Positions 35,301 to 49,677 of a stretch of DNA of 64,000 nt are shown in pieces. The first letter of the stretch is position 1. The number at the start of each line of letters is the position of its first letter. The notes beneath the pieces are model-generated. The model had not been told where the DNA came from. It saw only the letters and a program-made list of their open reading frames with translations, and did not search any database. Source of the DNA: Tubiluchus corallicola (Eukaryota; Animalia; Priapulida); assembly GCA_030141605.1 (NCBI GenBank), contig JAQGDQ010000057.1, forward strand, positions 248,001-312,000. Reading direction: 5' to 3'. Made by a program: the position numbers and the translations under genes.

Positions 35301-38300
35301 GGCATTATTATAGGTAATACGCATTTTTCAAATGCGATTATGATTAAACCAGAGACTAGGACAATAAAATGCGTAAATAATGCTACAAGAAACTTCTTTT
35401 AACATCATCTGAACAGTTTTTGAACTTTTAATAACAATAATACAAGTAACAAGCCATGTGACCCAAATATTAATGGTCATTAACAATCTTAAGATGAAAA
35501 CCATTTAGAACCACACTGGAGCACAAGAGATCAACATATTTTTTAGGAAAACATTATAAGCATTTGCTCTTATCAGACTTATAACAAATATCATTTTCTA
35601 AAGCAAAATTTTCACATTTACTGAGCAGATGTTGGAGCAGCGAAGTAACGAAAACACAAAAGTCAACAGCATAGGCTAAATGATTTAATGTAATACTAGA
35701 GAGTTTTGGCTGTTTAATCATACAGACTGCTTGTTCATGCAAATATTAAAAAAATATGCTGGAAGAATACTGCCTTGTTTCACATCATCGAAAACCTTTA
35801 TATCAGTAGAGACATATACCTGCCAAATTAAAGCTTCTGCTTCTGTTGAAGGTAAACTGTGCTACTTTGACATGGCAGCTTATGCAAACCTTGTTCATTA
35901 TATGGTCAAGGTAAACCTTTGCAGATTATTTACAAATTAATTAATTTGCTACGTCTTTTTTCAGGGACAACCTGTATCATTTCCGCCCAATAAACTAAAA
36001 CAAGGGTTTGGTGAACATGTTGTCTACATCCTGGACAAGTTAGCGAATGAAGCACTGAAGTCAACTTTTCACACTTGGAAATTGTATGATATCTCATTAT
36101 AATTAATATATTATTTATATTATAAGTTTATAGAGCTGCACTCTTCTGGTTCTTTCACCAAGGTTGCATAAGAAAGCTTCTTTTCACACAAATGTGATGC
36201 ATATGCACTCGGATGTCTGTAATTTTCAGTCAATTTTCAAGGAACTTGACAGTGGCATCAGTGACCAAGTTTCAAATAGTGCACTGTATTACATGTCTTC
36301 TTTAAAACGTTAATCAATGTTCAAACTACCATTTAAGTTCTTACTAATCTGTACTGTCACTGCTATGCTATTCTTTGTCAAGACTACTGCTTATAGCTTT
36401 GTTAAATATCTGTAACAGTTATTTGCCTGAAAGCCACTGTAATTTTATTTGTTATTATTTCCTTTTCTGCCCATTTCAGCCCTGTCTATCCTACCGAAGA
36501 AACCGAGGAAGAGACAGTCACCGCTGATGAATCTGAAGTGATGCTAAATAAAGTTGAAGAGGAGATGGTATGTAATTATTATTACCTTAGCATTGCTCTC
36601 AGTTTTGTGTATAGTTTTACATTACTAAAGCAACTGTTATTGAGTGATGTCTTACTAGTTATTGTAGTTAAAAGTGCTAAATTTCTGTAGATGGACTGAA
36701 AGTTTAACATAAATTATATATCTTATAAATTAAATATAGCTACGAACAGGTGATGTTTTTCACATTTTTTCTTCATCTTGTTAAGGTGTTACAGTAGGTG
36801 CCGCTTAACTTTGGAACGAAAATGTTTGGGCCCAATTAACCGACTGAACCTGTTAGTTGACAGGCGTAGCATTACTAGTATAGAAGCACGAGTCATCATC
36901 ATTTATTAGCTTAGTATGCACATCAGAGGCTTTAAATGAAATTTAAAAATGACTTGATACCAAAATTCCTATTTAATCATTTAGCATATGGTGCTGATTT
37001 AAGTAAGTGTATTAATAAAAACAAAAATAAAAAATAAACAAATTATTTATTTACACCAAAAAAATCACAAAATTCATGCAAGGGCGGTTGCTTCATTTCT
37101 TACAGAAGAAGTTGGTTTATAAAACTCTCATACTGATAAAAAAGTTTAAAATTTATTGCTGTATGCTGCACGTATTCATACAAAACACCTAGTGCTTAAA
37201 GTGCTTAAGCTGAAATTGTTGATGCCCGTGTTTCCCTGTGAAAAGCAAGGAGTGCTTCAAAAGCAAAATGCTAGGCAAGTGATTAAATGTTTCCCTGTGA
37301 AAAGCAAGGAATGCTTCAAAAGCAAAATGCTAGGCAAGTGATTAAATGTTTACTGTGAAAAGCAAGGAGTGCTTCAAAAGCAAAATGCTAGGCAAGTGAT
37401 TAAATGTTTACTGTGAAAAGCAAGGAGTGCTTCAAAAGCAAAATGCTAGGCAAGTGACTAAATGTTTACTGTGAAAAGCAAGGAGTGCTTCAAAAGCAAA
37501 ATGCTAGGCAAGTGATTAAATGTTTACTGTGAAAAGCAAGCTGGGCTTCAAAAGCAAAATGCTAGGCAAGTGACTAAATGTTTACTGTGAAAAGCAACGA
37601 GTGCTTCAAAAGCAAACTGCTAGACAAGTGATTAAATGTTTAGCTTCCAGAAACAAGGTTAAGTTGCAGATTCAAAGCAAAACCAGTACGTAAGCATATT
37701 AGCACATGATAAACGCACCCTCTTACAAACAAAACCGTATTAACATGACTGTTTCTATGCACATTATGGTGCACAAAAGTCAACTAAAAATGACATAAAC
37801 ACGGTAAAAGCTGTTTGGTCACAGACATAAATTAATTTTGTCTTATTTTGAGCATATGAAGCAAAAATATTGAGTCAGTTATGAAGGGTTATTTGGGTTA
37901 ATTGCTGGCGATTTTTAAATATTTGAATAGGAGTGGGAGGTACCAGATGTTTTTGAGTCAATTAAGCAACTGATCCTATTAACAGTGAGTTTAACAAATG
38001 GCAATTGCTGTGTTAAAATTTTAATAGTAATAGTAAAAAACTGTCAAAGCAACCAAAATTTACTTTTCACTGATTTTTCTAGATATCGAAACACAAAACA
38101 CTTTTTATTTTCAGAAAACTTTTTATTGCCATTTACATTCATTCTGCAACCTATTCCATTACAGTCTTTACTTAGTGGAACAGGAGTGACAAACCTAGTT
38201 TTTAAATTTAACTACACATTTAGAACAGCCCGTGAGTTAGCAAAAATGAACAATCTTACTATGTGTGTTCTTATTTTACATGCTCACTTGTTTCAGTTTG

Positions 38301-41300
38301 AAGATGATGATGATTTAGAGGAAGAAGAACATATATTAGATCTTAATGCTCTTCGTAATCTTAGTCAAAAAAATGTGAGTTTTTTATTTTAGTTTTTTTT
38401 ATTTTATGTTCTTTACAAACCATTTAGGCATTTTTAGTGAAACTTCTTCTACACTTATCATTTCTTTGCTCAATGACATCAGATAGAAATAATGTTATAC
38501 ATAGCTGCATTTAGATGATTAAAGCAAAACCTGATCCAATCTTAAACTGTAGGTCAAAACAATCTATTTCTTAAAATATTGAAAGGGAACACATTATTTT
38601 TTCAAAATTGACTTATATGAAGAAATTATTATCACACATATACAATTTCACATTCGCATCATTAGTTCTTCACTACATGCGTTTCACCATTCGCTAGTAA
38701 ACGGGTACTAGCGCCTGCATTTCGGAAGTTTACGCATTGCACAAAATCCATGTATTTTACCTCTCGGTTCTGATGTGTTAGTTTCTAATGAACTATGCAC
38801 GTTCGACGGCCCATGCTTGAGCACAACTGAAATTTGAAATTTGAATTTTTATGTTAAAACATGCCTACTTTTAGTACAACACACTGGAATCTCGTACAGT
38901 AGCACTGTAGTTGAATTTTCACTTTCACAAACATGTACAACACGCTCGTGGAATATTTTTGCAGTTGAAAATTCTGTTAGTTTGTGATGTCATCAATAGT
39001 TGGGTTCACTTGCCGTTAATTAAGTTTTTAATCTATTATTTAATTATCAAAAACAATTTTGCAGTATTAATCATGTTAAATTGTATACTTTCTATCGGAC
39101 TTGAAAATGTGGTAGTATATGAAAAATCATCCTGTCTTTCTTTAAAGAACTTGTACTATAAAGGTATTTCCTTATATGTATATTTTTTGAAAAATGAACA
39201 CACAATTCGTCACTTCAGCCACAGGCGTACAGGAGAAAGTTTCAAAGAGGTAGAAGAAATTTGCCCTGAAAATTTCTAAGTTGCCCAAGTTTGAGTGATT
39301 TCGAAATAAGTGCAAACAACGGGCTACATTATTAAGTGGGGTAAAGACTGACAAAAGTGTCTAAAAACAAATTATCTTCATTTATCTATATGCAAAACAT
39401 GCAAATCTTAGTTTAAAGCAGAATTATTTGCCCTGAAAATGTTCATTTCATTAGCCAGGGGAGGGCATCCGACACCCCCCTCAACCCCCGCCTTGTATGC
39501 CTATTATTTCAGCTACATGTTAACCTTTCTTTAACAAAAGACTTGCGTTGTGTAGACATTTGAACAAGTTACATTTACAGTAGATGCAGGAAAATTGGAA
39601 GGGTGCATTTCCATATAAGGGGTGTGTGTTCAAGCCTGTGGCTAGTCCCACCATAGATTAAAAAACTGATTCACTATATCTGTGTTAAACATGTGAAAGA
39701 TCAGCTCAGAAAAGGATAATAACATAATTTTTGCCTGAACTGAACTTTCTGGCACATGTCTGTGCATGAACAAATGGTTAGGTGACTGCTGAATGTGGCC
39801 CTGCACAGCTGGGCGTCACTGATTGCAGATGGCATTCCGGCCTGTTTGTTTGTCTGTGTGTCTGTCTGCACAGTAAAATCAAAATGAATGAAGCTATAGT
39901 CATCAAACTTGGCACAGGGATATATCTGGGCAAGAGTTTCAAGTTCACAATTGCAAAATCAGAAACTTTAAAATAACTTATTGTCTTTGGTGAGTTCATG
40001 TGAGGGCTTGGGTCTGCAGGCCCATTATGTCCACTCTAACTGTTATCATCATCAGCATCATCATCATCATCTCTCATTATCTCATAACTAGTGCTATTGT
40101 TGTTCTTGTACCTTTGATGCATTTTGTATAACACGATGTGCTGCATTAAAATGATATTCATTGAGCAAAAACTGCATAACATGATAAACATGATACAATA
40201 TCTTGTTAAAGATTCCCTGGTTTTAAATATCGCACAACAATACTGTAATACACCCATTAGACCTGTTTGGAGTTGGTTGAAGGTCACTGTGACCCACCAA
40301 TTGCAATGTGAGTATCTATAGAAAAAGTAAAAAGTACATTGACTAGTGTGTATAACTCAACGACATGACAAACAATTTTTCTGCTTAGGATTTGACAATT
40401 TTCCATGTTAAATGTTTAGCCGTGCATTATGTATTATATTTTCACATTTAGCCAAGTGCCGGTACCTGTATATGTTAATCGAATTGTTAGTTTTTAAGGC
40501 CTTATCAGGCCTATGTTTTCCTAAATTTCTCTATTCAATGGATGAAGTTCCTCTGTTCATTTTCAAATTTGTCTTTTGTTCGCTTAAACAGGATGTGGAA
40601 AGCAGCAAACCGGAAGAAATAATGGAGTCTACAACCGATGCTGCAGAGTGGAAGTTAGAAGTGGAGAGAGTTATGCCGTCATTAAAGGTTCACATTCGAA
40701 CAGATAACAAGGTAAAATGATAATCCCTAGGCGATTATTTGTCACCATTCTAAAAATTCTAAATATATTATTAAATTTAGCTGATAAATGTTAGAGTTTG
40801 GTCGATGTACCAGTATAGCTATATCATTGTGCAATAGTCTTTCTCATTTAAAACTGTTCACAAGTGTTTGTACCATTATATTTTTTGTGTCCAGTTTACT
40901 GGAAATGCTGGAATATTTATAAATAACACCTTTCATAATTTCTGGAAAATCAGATTAATTTAATTTAAGCGTCAACAGTTCCACATTACAGTAATATTTA
41001 GATAAATCTAGTCAGTAAAGTATATGTATGCTTTTGCTGTAGATTGCAGGGCTACCAGAGCTAGGCTTTTTAATTTAAACCCAATGTTCCATTTGTTGGA
41101 AATAGTTCATTTCATGGAAATTTTAAAGAATGGTAAACAAAATAATTTTTTACAAGTTTCTCCTTAAAGAATTACAAAGAATTTTATAGATTTTTAGCTT
41201 ACTAAAGTTCCTTTCACACACTTATTTCAAAGTGACTGGCAATGCATATAATAATACAGTAACATATAATACAAGAATGAGTTACTTATTCTTTATCTAA

Positions 41301-44191
41301 GAAACTCATTCTTGCATTCCCTAAAAAAAATGACTTGGTCTTGTTGCGGTATTCGATGAAACCATATCGTACCAAAGTGACGCCTTTGGATATATTTACA
41401 TGAAATTTAAAAGAAAAAACAATTGGTCTTCAAAACATGATTGATTTTAGCTTTAGAAATCAGTGTATTTTAAATATACTCTTACAGCAATATAATAGCT
41501 GTAATACCGAGTGCAAATTAAATGATGAAATCCTTTTCAGAAAAATCTTAAAATGATTATCATATTATATGTAAAATTTGAAAAATAGCCATTGATAAAT
41601 AAAGATTGTCTTGTTGCTACAAAAATAATTATGTGTGACTAAAGACAGAAAATGACAAATCAAGATTGCAGACATGGCAGTTTGAAAATAGCAAATCAAG
41701 ATTGTAGCATTTGACTTATATAAATATTATTATCTGTCTCTTTAGAGTTTGATATAAAAATGTGTTGAAACTATGTCCAAAATTCACCATTCATTAAAGC
41801 TAGCTGCATCATTTCACTTTGTAAACATCACCTTTGTAGGATTGGCGAGGCCACCTCGAACAGATGCATCAACATCGGGACGGTATTGAGAAAACTCTTA
41901 ATGAGACCAAAGGCTACCTGGATAAGCTACACTCGGAAATCAGTCGGACATTAGAGAAAATATCTAGTCGAGAGAAATACATCAATACACAGTTAGAAAA
42001 GCAACTTCAGGAATATAGGTATGATGCCTGTGGTTTAATTTCTCATACAGGTGACTAGTTTATTTCACAGCATAATCGCTGAAATACCTTGAGTAAAGAT
42101 GTCCATTTTCAAAAGGTGTGATCAAAACTAGCTGCCAATGTAAGCAGTTACTTTGAGCACTATGCTGAGACTACATTATACATACACACACACACACACA
42201 CAGTAATCACAGCATTTATTATGTATGAAGACATTATTCTCAACAATCACTGAATATAATTTCTTGTATATAGCCTATACATACTACCTTTACTTTAAGA
42301 AGAAAGTTTTTAACAACATTAGAAGTGTGTATCATACATGAATTTTGCTAGCCATTATTATCTATCATTTTACAAATAGATCAGCTATTATATTTATATT
42401 TATTTATGTAGATTTAGTTGACTTGCAAAAAATATGATTTCCTGTACAAATGTGCCTTTATGATTGTCAGTTCATGTGGAGTAATTTTACTTGTAGGTCA
42501 CTCCAAGACCGTCTTGCCGAAGCGAAGGAAAAATACAAGCAAGCAAGTGGTGGAATTACAGAACGTAACCAAACTTTGCAAGAGGTGTTTTGTTTTTTTT
42601 TCTTTTAGACTGCATGGATTTTAAGTATGAAAAACAAGGATTTCAAATCCTTGCAGCACTCCGAGGTATTGTTAGTTAAGTTTTTGCGTATGATTTTTCA
42701 AATACAGTATAATGTGCATTTGTTTAGTCATTTCTTTGTATGCTCTGTAGATTACTGAAGAGTTGGAAAGAGTAAAACAGGAAATGGAAGAGCGTGGTAG
42801 CAGCATGACAGATGGAGGTAATTGGCTTCTTTCTTTTCAATTTCCTAGTATTACTGCTTTAAAAGCCAAGTCCACTGATAAAGCAAACCAGTACCACTCT
42901 CACATCAAAGTCGTCTCTGAAATGTCTTCTACATACGACTGTACTTCATTTTGGGACTCATAGGTTGACTGTGAGTTGTGTACAGGTTTTATATCACTAT
43001 GTGTTCCCATACACTTCAAGACTGAAGAAGCCAATCCACTTGGCACTCCACTGATAATGAGGGGAAGTCTGAGTGGTTGTGGCATTTAGTTCCCAAACCT
43101 AAGGGTCAAATCCCATTCATTTTGGGCCAATTGATTAGGATTTTCTGGCAGCCTTCTGAGGTCTTCTCAGTCTGTCTGTCTTAAGTGAGTAGCTTATCTG
43201 ATCATGTGTTAGCTGATCTGGTACTGGGGAAGAAAGGCAGCTGAGCAGTGGGCTAGACCACCTGTCGACCTTGTATGTCGAGGCTTTGTAAATTGATGCT
43301 GTCAATCCTTAACCTCCGTAAGTCACTATGCTTCTTTCAGCTGCAGCTAATGTGTTTCCTCTTTTAATTAGATGGCTCTGCTACATATCTATATTTATAG
43401 TAAGTTACTGTGTAATGCAGATTGAAATGTCTGTTGTTTATCACATTTACACTTTGCAGTGACAAAATTTTCAGTAATTTGTCTTCACCTAAATTTTGAG
43501 CCTTTTGGTTTGACTTGGCTAGAACCGTTTGTATTTAGGATGATTATAGTAAGATAGCACCATTTTTCCTTTTTTACATGCTAAATGTTGTATTGTGTTT
43601 TAAGCTTAGATCGCTTTTTGTGTACAGGATTGAAGCATTAATTATAACATCCGTATTTTTTGTTTCTTGCAGCGCCTCTAGTCAAGATTAAGCAAGCTCT
43701 GGCTAAATTAAAATCTGAGACTACACAGATGGACGTGCGCACTGGAGTCGTTGAGCACATTCTAATGCAGGTAGTGGACAGTCGGCAGTGACCTTAAAAG
43801 ATATATATTTAAATAGCTAACTTAGATTGTGTCAAGGTCTGCACAATTTATGTCATTCTAACCACTTGACATCCAGTGCCAGTTTCCACTTCAAAACTCA
43901 CTGTAAACAGCAATGATTCATCGCTAGAAATTATTAATGGTTAGCCACACCAGATGCATAATTTTGAAAATCTTGTTGGCATTCACATCTCAAGTGAAAA
44001 TTTTCATATGCCAAGTTGACATCATGTATCACATTGGCATCATTGTGTGTTGTGTTGATTGTGGTACCAGTTTGGTATCATTACACCATGTTTAACTCAG
44101 CTTAATTCACTTTGGGTAATTTAAATTATTGTACTTTGTTGTAATTTCTGCTTAGCAGTAGAACTACAATTACACATACATCATCATCACC

Positions 44192-44234
<43 letters not shown>

Positions 44235-44401
44235 TATCTGTGCCATATGTGTCATACAGTAGCCTGATACTCATTTTTCAGTTAGATGCTCATTTTTGTT
44301 TTGCTTTTTAGACAAAGTTGAGAGACAAGACTGAATTGCAACTGAGTCTCAATGCAGCTACTATAGAAGCAGAAAAACCTTTTATGGACTCAATCTTTTG
44401 A
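32390..44401 (+). CDS. IFT57: Intraflagellar transport protein 57 (HIPPI); about 422 aa; exons 32390-32568, 32673-32781, 34891-34944, 35965-36083, 36480-36567, 38297-38374, 40592-40711, 41840-42018, 42497-42584, 42751-42817, 43673-43770, 44312-44401
   Basis: Diagnostic peptides MEELLDKLKLLNY, SRHYFVIQTNPGEQFFMF, FPPNKLKQGFGE, EWKLEVERVMPSLKV, KDWRGHLEQM, TLEKISSREKYINTQL, VKQEMEERGSSMTDGAPLVKIKQAL. All introns are GT-AG and phase-consistent. Confidence 0.95.
34184..34746 (-). mobile_element. SINE3: 5S rRNA head + bipartite RTE-derived body + (CAA)n tail
   Basis: 5S at 34746-34629. 34510-34306 aligns to RTE 5' UTR 18061-18265. 34302-34190 aligns to RTE 3' end 21625-21715. TSD AGAGAAAAGAA(T/A)AGT at 34169-34183 and 34745-34759. 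Confidence 0.9.
34629..34746 (-). rRNA. Nearly full-length 5S rRNA-derived sequence (SINE head, not a standalone gene)
   Basis: CTACGGCCATATCACGTTGAAAACACCGGTTCTCGTCTGATCACCAAAGTTAAGCAACATAGAACCTGGTTAGTACTTGGATGGGTGACCGCCGAGGAATACCAGGTGCTATAGGCTT; no oligo-T terminator follows. Confidence 0.9.
35040..35750 (-). mobile_element. Non-LTR retrotransposon RT 3' relic (RTEX-like, inferred)
   Basis: HLAYAVDFCVF (degenerate YADD), LQHLLSKCENFA...KSKCL, RITYNNAIREFFNLP..NSASQM. Confidence 0.6.
37236..37641. repeat. 58-bp minisatellite, about 7 near-identical copies
   Basis: Unit ctgtgaaaagcaaggagtgcttcaaaagcaaaatgctaggcaagtgattaaatgttta at 37236, 37295, 37353, 37411, 37469, 37527, 37585. Confidence 0.95.
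43065..43330 (+). mobile_element. Old tRNA-derived SINE
   Basis: Degenerate A box (ctgagtggtt) and B box (ggtcaaatccc), then a ctggggaagaaaggcagc core typical of ancient SINE bodies. Confidence 0.45.
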
Positions 44402-45624
44402 GTTTGGCTGTCACATGTTTCAGAGTCTTTGCCACTTGGATGCAATAGTTGTAGGTCATTACACATTCCAAGACTACTTACAGCAGTTGAAAGTTGTCAT
44501 GTAGCTTGTAAATTTTATGTAGTACTACTTTTATGCAAGTAGATTCTCTCTAACGAGTCTCATTTTTGACATTTTTTGTCTAAATATTAGTCCAAACTGC
44601 TTAAAGCTCAGAAACCTCGATTTTCTTAAAAGAAAAAATTAACCCTCAAACAACATTCATTGTATTTTAATATACAATTAAAAACATTGAAATTACCGTA
44701 CAGTAAATGTGAATAAATGCCTTGTTTAAAAACACAAAAGAAATTTAAAAATTGGATTGAACAGAGTCAAATTAATGTAAGATTTCATAATGTAACTGCG
44801 TGATTATCATTATTTTGATCTCTCTTGGTGGAGATTTTGAAAATGGTAGTCATTTTTGAAATGAAAATGACAGAAATGGGTTCCTTCGATCTAACTACCC
44901 CGAGATAGATGTCGTAATCGCTTCTTAATGTTAAAATACTTAACGTTCCCTTACTTTTCATTGCTTGTGCAAAAACTTGGCGGCCATTTTATTTTTTGCA
45001 TTTTTAGCACCTCTTCGCTGATTTTTTAGCTGACAACAGCTTTTTTTGGATTCAGCATAGTCAATCTGCTAAGACTGACTATATATGTTCCCCACTTTTA
45101 GAAAAAACTCCCCCAGAACTTTATAGAAGAACATTTTTTTTGTCTAGTCTGTCACCGAAAACTGAGCGTTTGTGACGAGAGTTGTGAGTAATGAAAATTG
45201 TCCTTGTTGCCCCAGCCTACATGTTAATGCCACAAGTCTTTTCCTCAGTATATCCTTTACACCATTTATTTTAAGTATATTCTTTCTTGATCAAGTTTTT
45301 AATAATACTAAGTGAGTACTAAACTTTAGAACACCAATGTCTTTTATTCTGTATAGGTGACATGTGTGATTTGTGTTTTTTTAATTGATAAACTATGCCG
45401 TCCAATAGTAGCCAATGACGAGGCTGATTTTTTTGCAAATTGAAACTGTATGTGTTGTCTGTAGAATAAATTTTTGAAGTTGTGATTACACTTAATCATT
45501 TATTTTGTGTATAGAGGTTTTTTAAATTATGCATGAGAACTAATAACAGCAGATGCACCAATATAAACATCTACACTATGAAAACAGTAGATACATATAA
45601 AAGGATGGTAATACCAGGCACGTG

Positions 45625-46662
45625 ATAATAATTAGACACGGGTAAAATGGCACAAGAAAAAAATGGCACAGTAAAAGTAGCACAAGAAAAAAGTGGCACA
45701 GTAAACAGTAAAATGGGCATATTTAATAAAATGCGATTTAGGATTAAGACTGCCTAACCTCTGATTGATAATTATTTTTAATTATTTTTACTTCTGCCAA
45801 GGCGATTGTATTTTCAACGCCCTTTGTTGGACTGGTCGTTTGTTTGTTTATGTTTGTCTGTTTGTGTATTTGTTTGTCTGCCTGCCTGTTACCAATGTTA
45901 TCTGTATCAGCATAAACTACTGATCGTGAGTTATGATTATGATTAATTACTACAGTCAAGGAGGTTATATTTTCATCACGGTTGGTGTTTGTTAACAGGA
46001 TCGTGCAAAACTACTTAACAGATTTCGATGAAACCTTGTGGACAACTTGGACCATATAGGCCATAGGATAAGCAAGATCAATTTGTTGCCAGAGAGATGG
46101 GCAAAAAATTGCAAAATTAGCGTTTTCTCATTTTTTGCAAATGTTGATGGAACAAAATATACAAAACTACGTTCGTGGGGCGCTTGACCGAGGCATCGGA
46201 GGAGATTTTATAGCTCCTTGGAAAGAGAAGGGCCGTGATTACAAGATTGGGCAAGATAATAAATACCTCCTCCGGAACGATTACGAGTTAGTTCCGTGTA
46301 ATGTGTATTATCAATGTGAAAAGGTTCAAAGAATTCACTACGTAGAATAGTCGTGCATTGTTGGTTATAATTCTATTTTATGAACAAAATATTTTGCGGG
46401 TTATTTCGCTAGTCTATGTAATAGTTAATTTTTGTATAAATATGTTTTTGTATGTTTGCTAGTTCATCTTTGTTTTATGTTTTTCTTATCAAAAAAATCA
46501 GGCTAGCAAATCTAGTATTGTTCGGCTTTGATGGAGGTTTGCTTTCAACTGAGTGCATCTTAGATTTACACGTGCAATTTTTATACTATTTAATTTGTGC
46601 CATTTTTTCTGTGCAGTTTTTGTCGTGTCAGTTCTTACTGTGCCGTTTTTAATTGTGTTACC
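45625..46662. mobile_element. MITE with long subrepeat TIRs (aaaatggcaca / tgtgccatttt), with another repeat nested inside
   Basis: Inverted arrays at 45640-45715 and 46570-46660; same subrepeat at 27395-27550. The internal ttattttttac(c/t)tctgcca element also occurs at ~27592. Confidence 0.55.
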
Positions 46663-49600
46663 AATACCCTATACCATTGCTACCAATAATCATTAACACC
46701 ATATACCGTACAATAAATTTCAGTTATCACTTGCCACAGCTGTGATCATGCTGTCCACATTATGCATAAAATACGTGAGCAGTGAACATGTTTTGACTGT
46801 TCAGTTTATGTTTGCCTGTTTTTTTTCTTGAAAAATGACAATTTAAGCAAATTAATCATTTGAAATTTGATTACTTATAGTCAGTGAAAGTTTGTAGTAT
46901 TCTCTTAGATTTGCTCCTGTCTCAAGGCTGATTTAATATCTTAACAGTTCATAAGTATGGAGTTTATTGGCAATATTATATAGATTATCATGTTTACCGA
47001 CACTTGCATCTCGCGTTAACTTACAGAAATGAAAAACTTTATGTTACTTACACATACACAAAGACTAACCTTAAGTTGTTATGTACTCTGACATTATAAT
47101 AAGCAATACCATTATTGTCAGGCTTCGTAAGGCTTGGTAAATACATTTACAGTTATAACACAACAAAAGATGCACAGCGTGGGTCACCCAACTAGACAGC
47201 CAATTTCTTGTTGGTAAAGAGATGGACAGGGCAATTTTTTTCGAAAACATTCCTAAGTTTGAAATATGCACCCAAGGTGTATTTCTATAGTGACGTCCCT
47301 GATGTATTAGTAAAGAACATGCCTTGTTGTGGACTAATTTTGTTAAAATCTCTACATCATGCAATTTGTGTTGTTATAATTATATTATTATGTTGTTTAA
47401 TGAATCACACACATCTGTAACTGTGTGTCTAGGTGCAACTTTATCATGTAACTTCATTCTGCAATATTTGATTTTTCTGACTTCTCCCCGTTTTCTTATT
47501 GTTTTAAAGACCTTCACACCAGATCAAACCCATAGGATATTCTGTATAGCAGATTAGTTTCTCGTGCTTGGAAGTGACAAGAAATATACAATAACAGATG
47601 AAAACACTTAAGTACTTACCTTACTAAAACGTTTATGACAGTTACAATAATTCGTCGTCGTCTTAATTATGCCCATTATGTCAGTTGTAGATATTGTGCA
47701 GGCAGAATTCTAAAATAGAAGAAATTCGCCCATATGAGAGGTAAACAGTAGTTATCCAACAAGAAGTTAGACACTGCTATGCCAGTGGCGTCAGCACCAC
47801 TTCGGTTTAAATAGCTAAAATAATTGCTGACTGTGAAACCACTGACTCTGCTTCAACACGGAGACGATTGGTAAGCAAAACATGGGTTTATTGCGTCACA
47901 GAGTTTAACTTGTTTCGGTCGCTAAGGCTACTATTATAAGAACAAGTTTTGTCTAAACAATTGATTACTTGTTACGCGCTATAGTTACTGACAATTCAAG
48001 CATCTTTCATTTGGCGCCATCATGAGGGTTTACCAAAATGCTCTGACACAACTGAATTAAATTTTGGATTCATTTCAAAAGTGAAGACCACTTTATGAAC
48101 GGTAAGTGTAATTTTCTGACAGACAGTTTAACTGATTTAATGTATTCAACGCTACAATGTATACAGTGGTCTTCACAATAACCACATAGTCGAGCGAATT
48201 AACTATGCATTCTTGAACAAAATCATGAAAAAACTGTCATAACTACGGTGATGTGTATGTTTTCACTATTTTATGTACACTACTTTTCACTACTATATTT
48301 ACATTACTTTTACTACTACATTTACACAACTTTTACTACTATATTTACACTACTTTTCACTACACTATTCACTACTTTGATCGTTATGGAGCGTCTACTT
48401 TACAAGGCCACTAGATCCCCCCCCCCCAACTGTTTGTTACGCAGAGAAGTCAAACTTCTCGCTTAGAATAGATGTGACGTCACTGTTATAAACCCACGTT
48501 ACCGCAAAAGACTGTGCGCATCTTGTGAAACCCTCTTTATTTTAAACTATTCTCCATATCAAGAATGAGGAATGACTGAGAATAGGCCTGGGCCTCTGGT
48601 TGAAGTAAGCACACTGATTTTAATGTTACTGGGACGACCCCCCCCCCCAACCCCAACCCCACCTTACACGAGAAAAGAAGCTGCCACGAACAGGTTAGGC
48701 CTCAGACCTTAGCCAAAACTCAACCCTTAACCCTTTCTATCACTCCAAAAATGGCATAAAAGCCAAATAAAGATAACCGAGTCTTTCTGGTTATAAATTC
48801 GTGTCAAATGCTGAAATATCTATGACCGGACTGTCCGGATAGTAACCACGATCATATAAATACGCGAAAGTAACTTGAAATTAGAAAAACTGAAACATTT
48901 TTGTACCTCCCTGGAACATAAGGCCATAACTACTAGCTATTTTTCTTATTAATGTACTTGAGGTATATCATGTCCTTTCTTTCTATTCGTGTGAATAAAG
49001 ACATTGAAATTTATTACCGATAACAGATACAGGACAGTTTTTTATTATTACTTAATAATTGTGCATGGACATTACCTATATTTCCAAGAAGCTAATTATT
49101 AAAAAGAATCAAGACTGTCTATATACCTTTCCTCATTCGGCATTTCACACAAAGTTGTAAAAATAGTGCATGCTTAATGTCCATGCATCTCATTAAGGAT
49201 TTAAAAATATATGAAAGTGCAGTAAAGTGTTGACGGACGAAGAGGGTCGCATTATGATAGTGTACTGAACACCGCTTTAAGTTTCTCTTGAAGCGAAGTC
49301 ATGTATTTGGTCAAACGACTTTCTCTGTTTTTCACTTGTTCAGTCAATTTAAACAGACAGTGTAAACTGTTTCGCTAATGCTTTTGTAATTTGCAAATAA
49401 ATGACTGTTTTTCTTACACATTATTCTATTGTTTCGTGGACGGATGTTTTGCTTGGCCACCGCATCTGCTGGTACCGAACCAACCTGGATAGTTTTAGCC
49501 CTTGTCGGCAAGGTTACCGCCTGCAGTTCAATATGATCACATCGAACAAATTTTAATTTCCGCTTTTTTCATTCTGTTTAAATGCGATGATAATTAATAT

Positions 49601-49677
49601 TTGCATTCCTGGTGCAACTCTTTTCTAACTCATAAACCTTGTTTTACAGATTTTATTATTTTCGTATCTCTTTCTAG

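Noticed and set aside
37236-37641. Possible CRISPR array
   Set aside because: Head-to-tail identical units without spacers.
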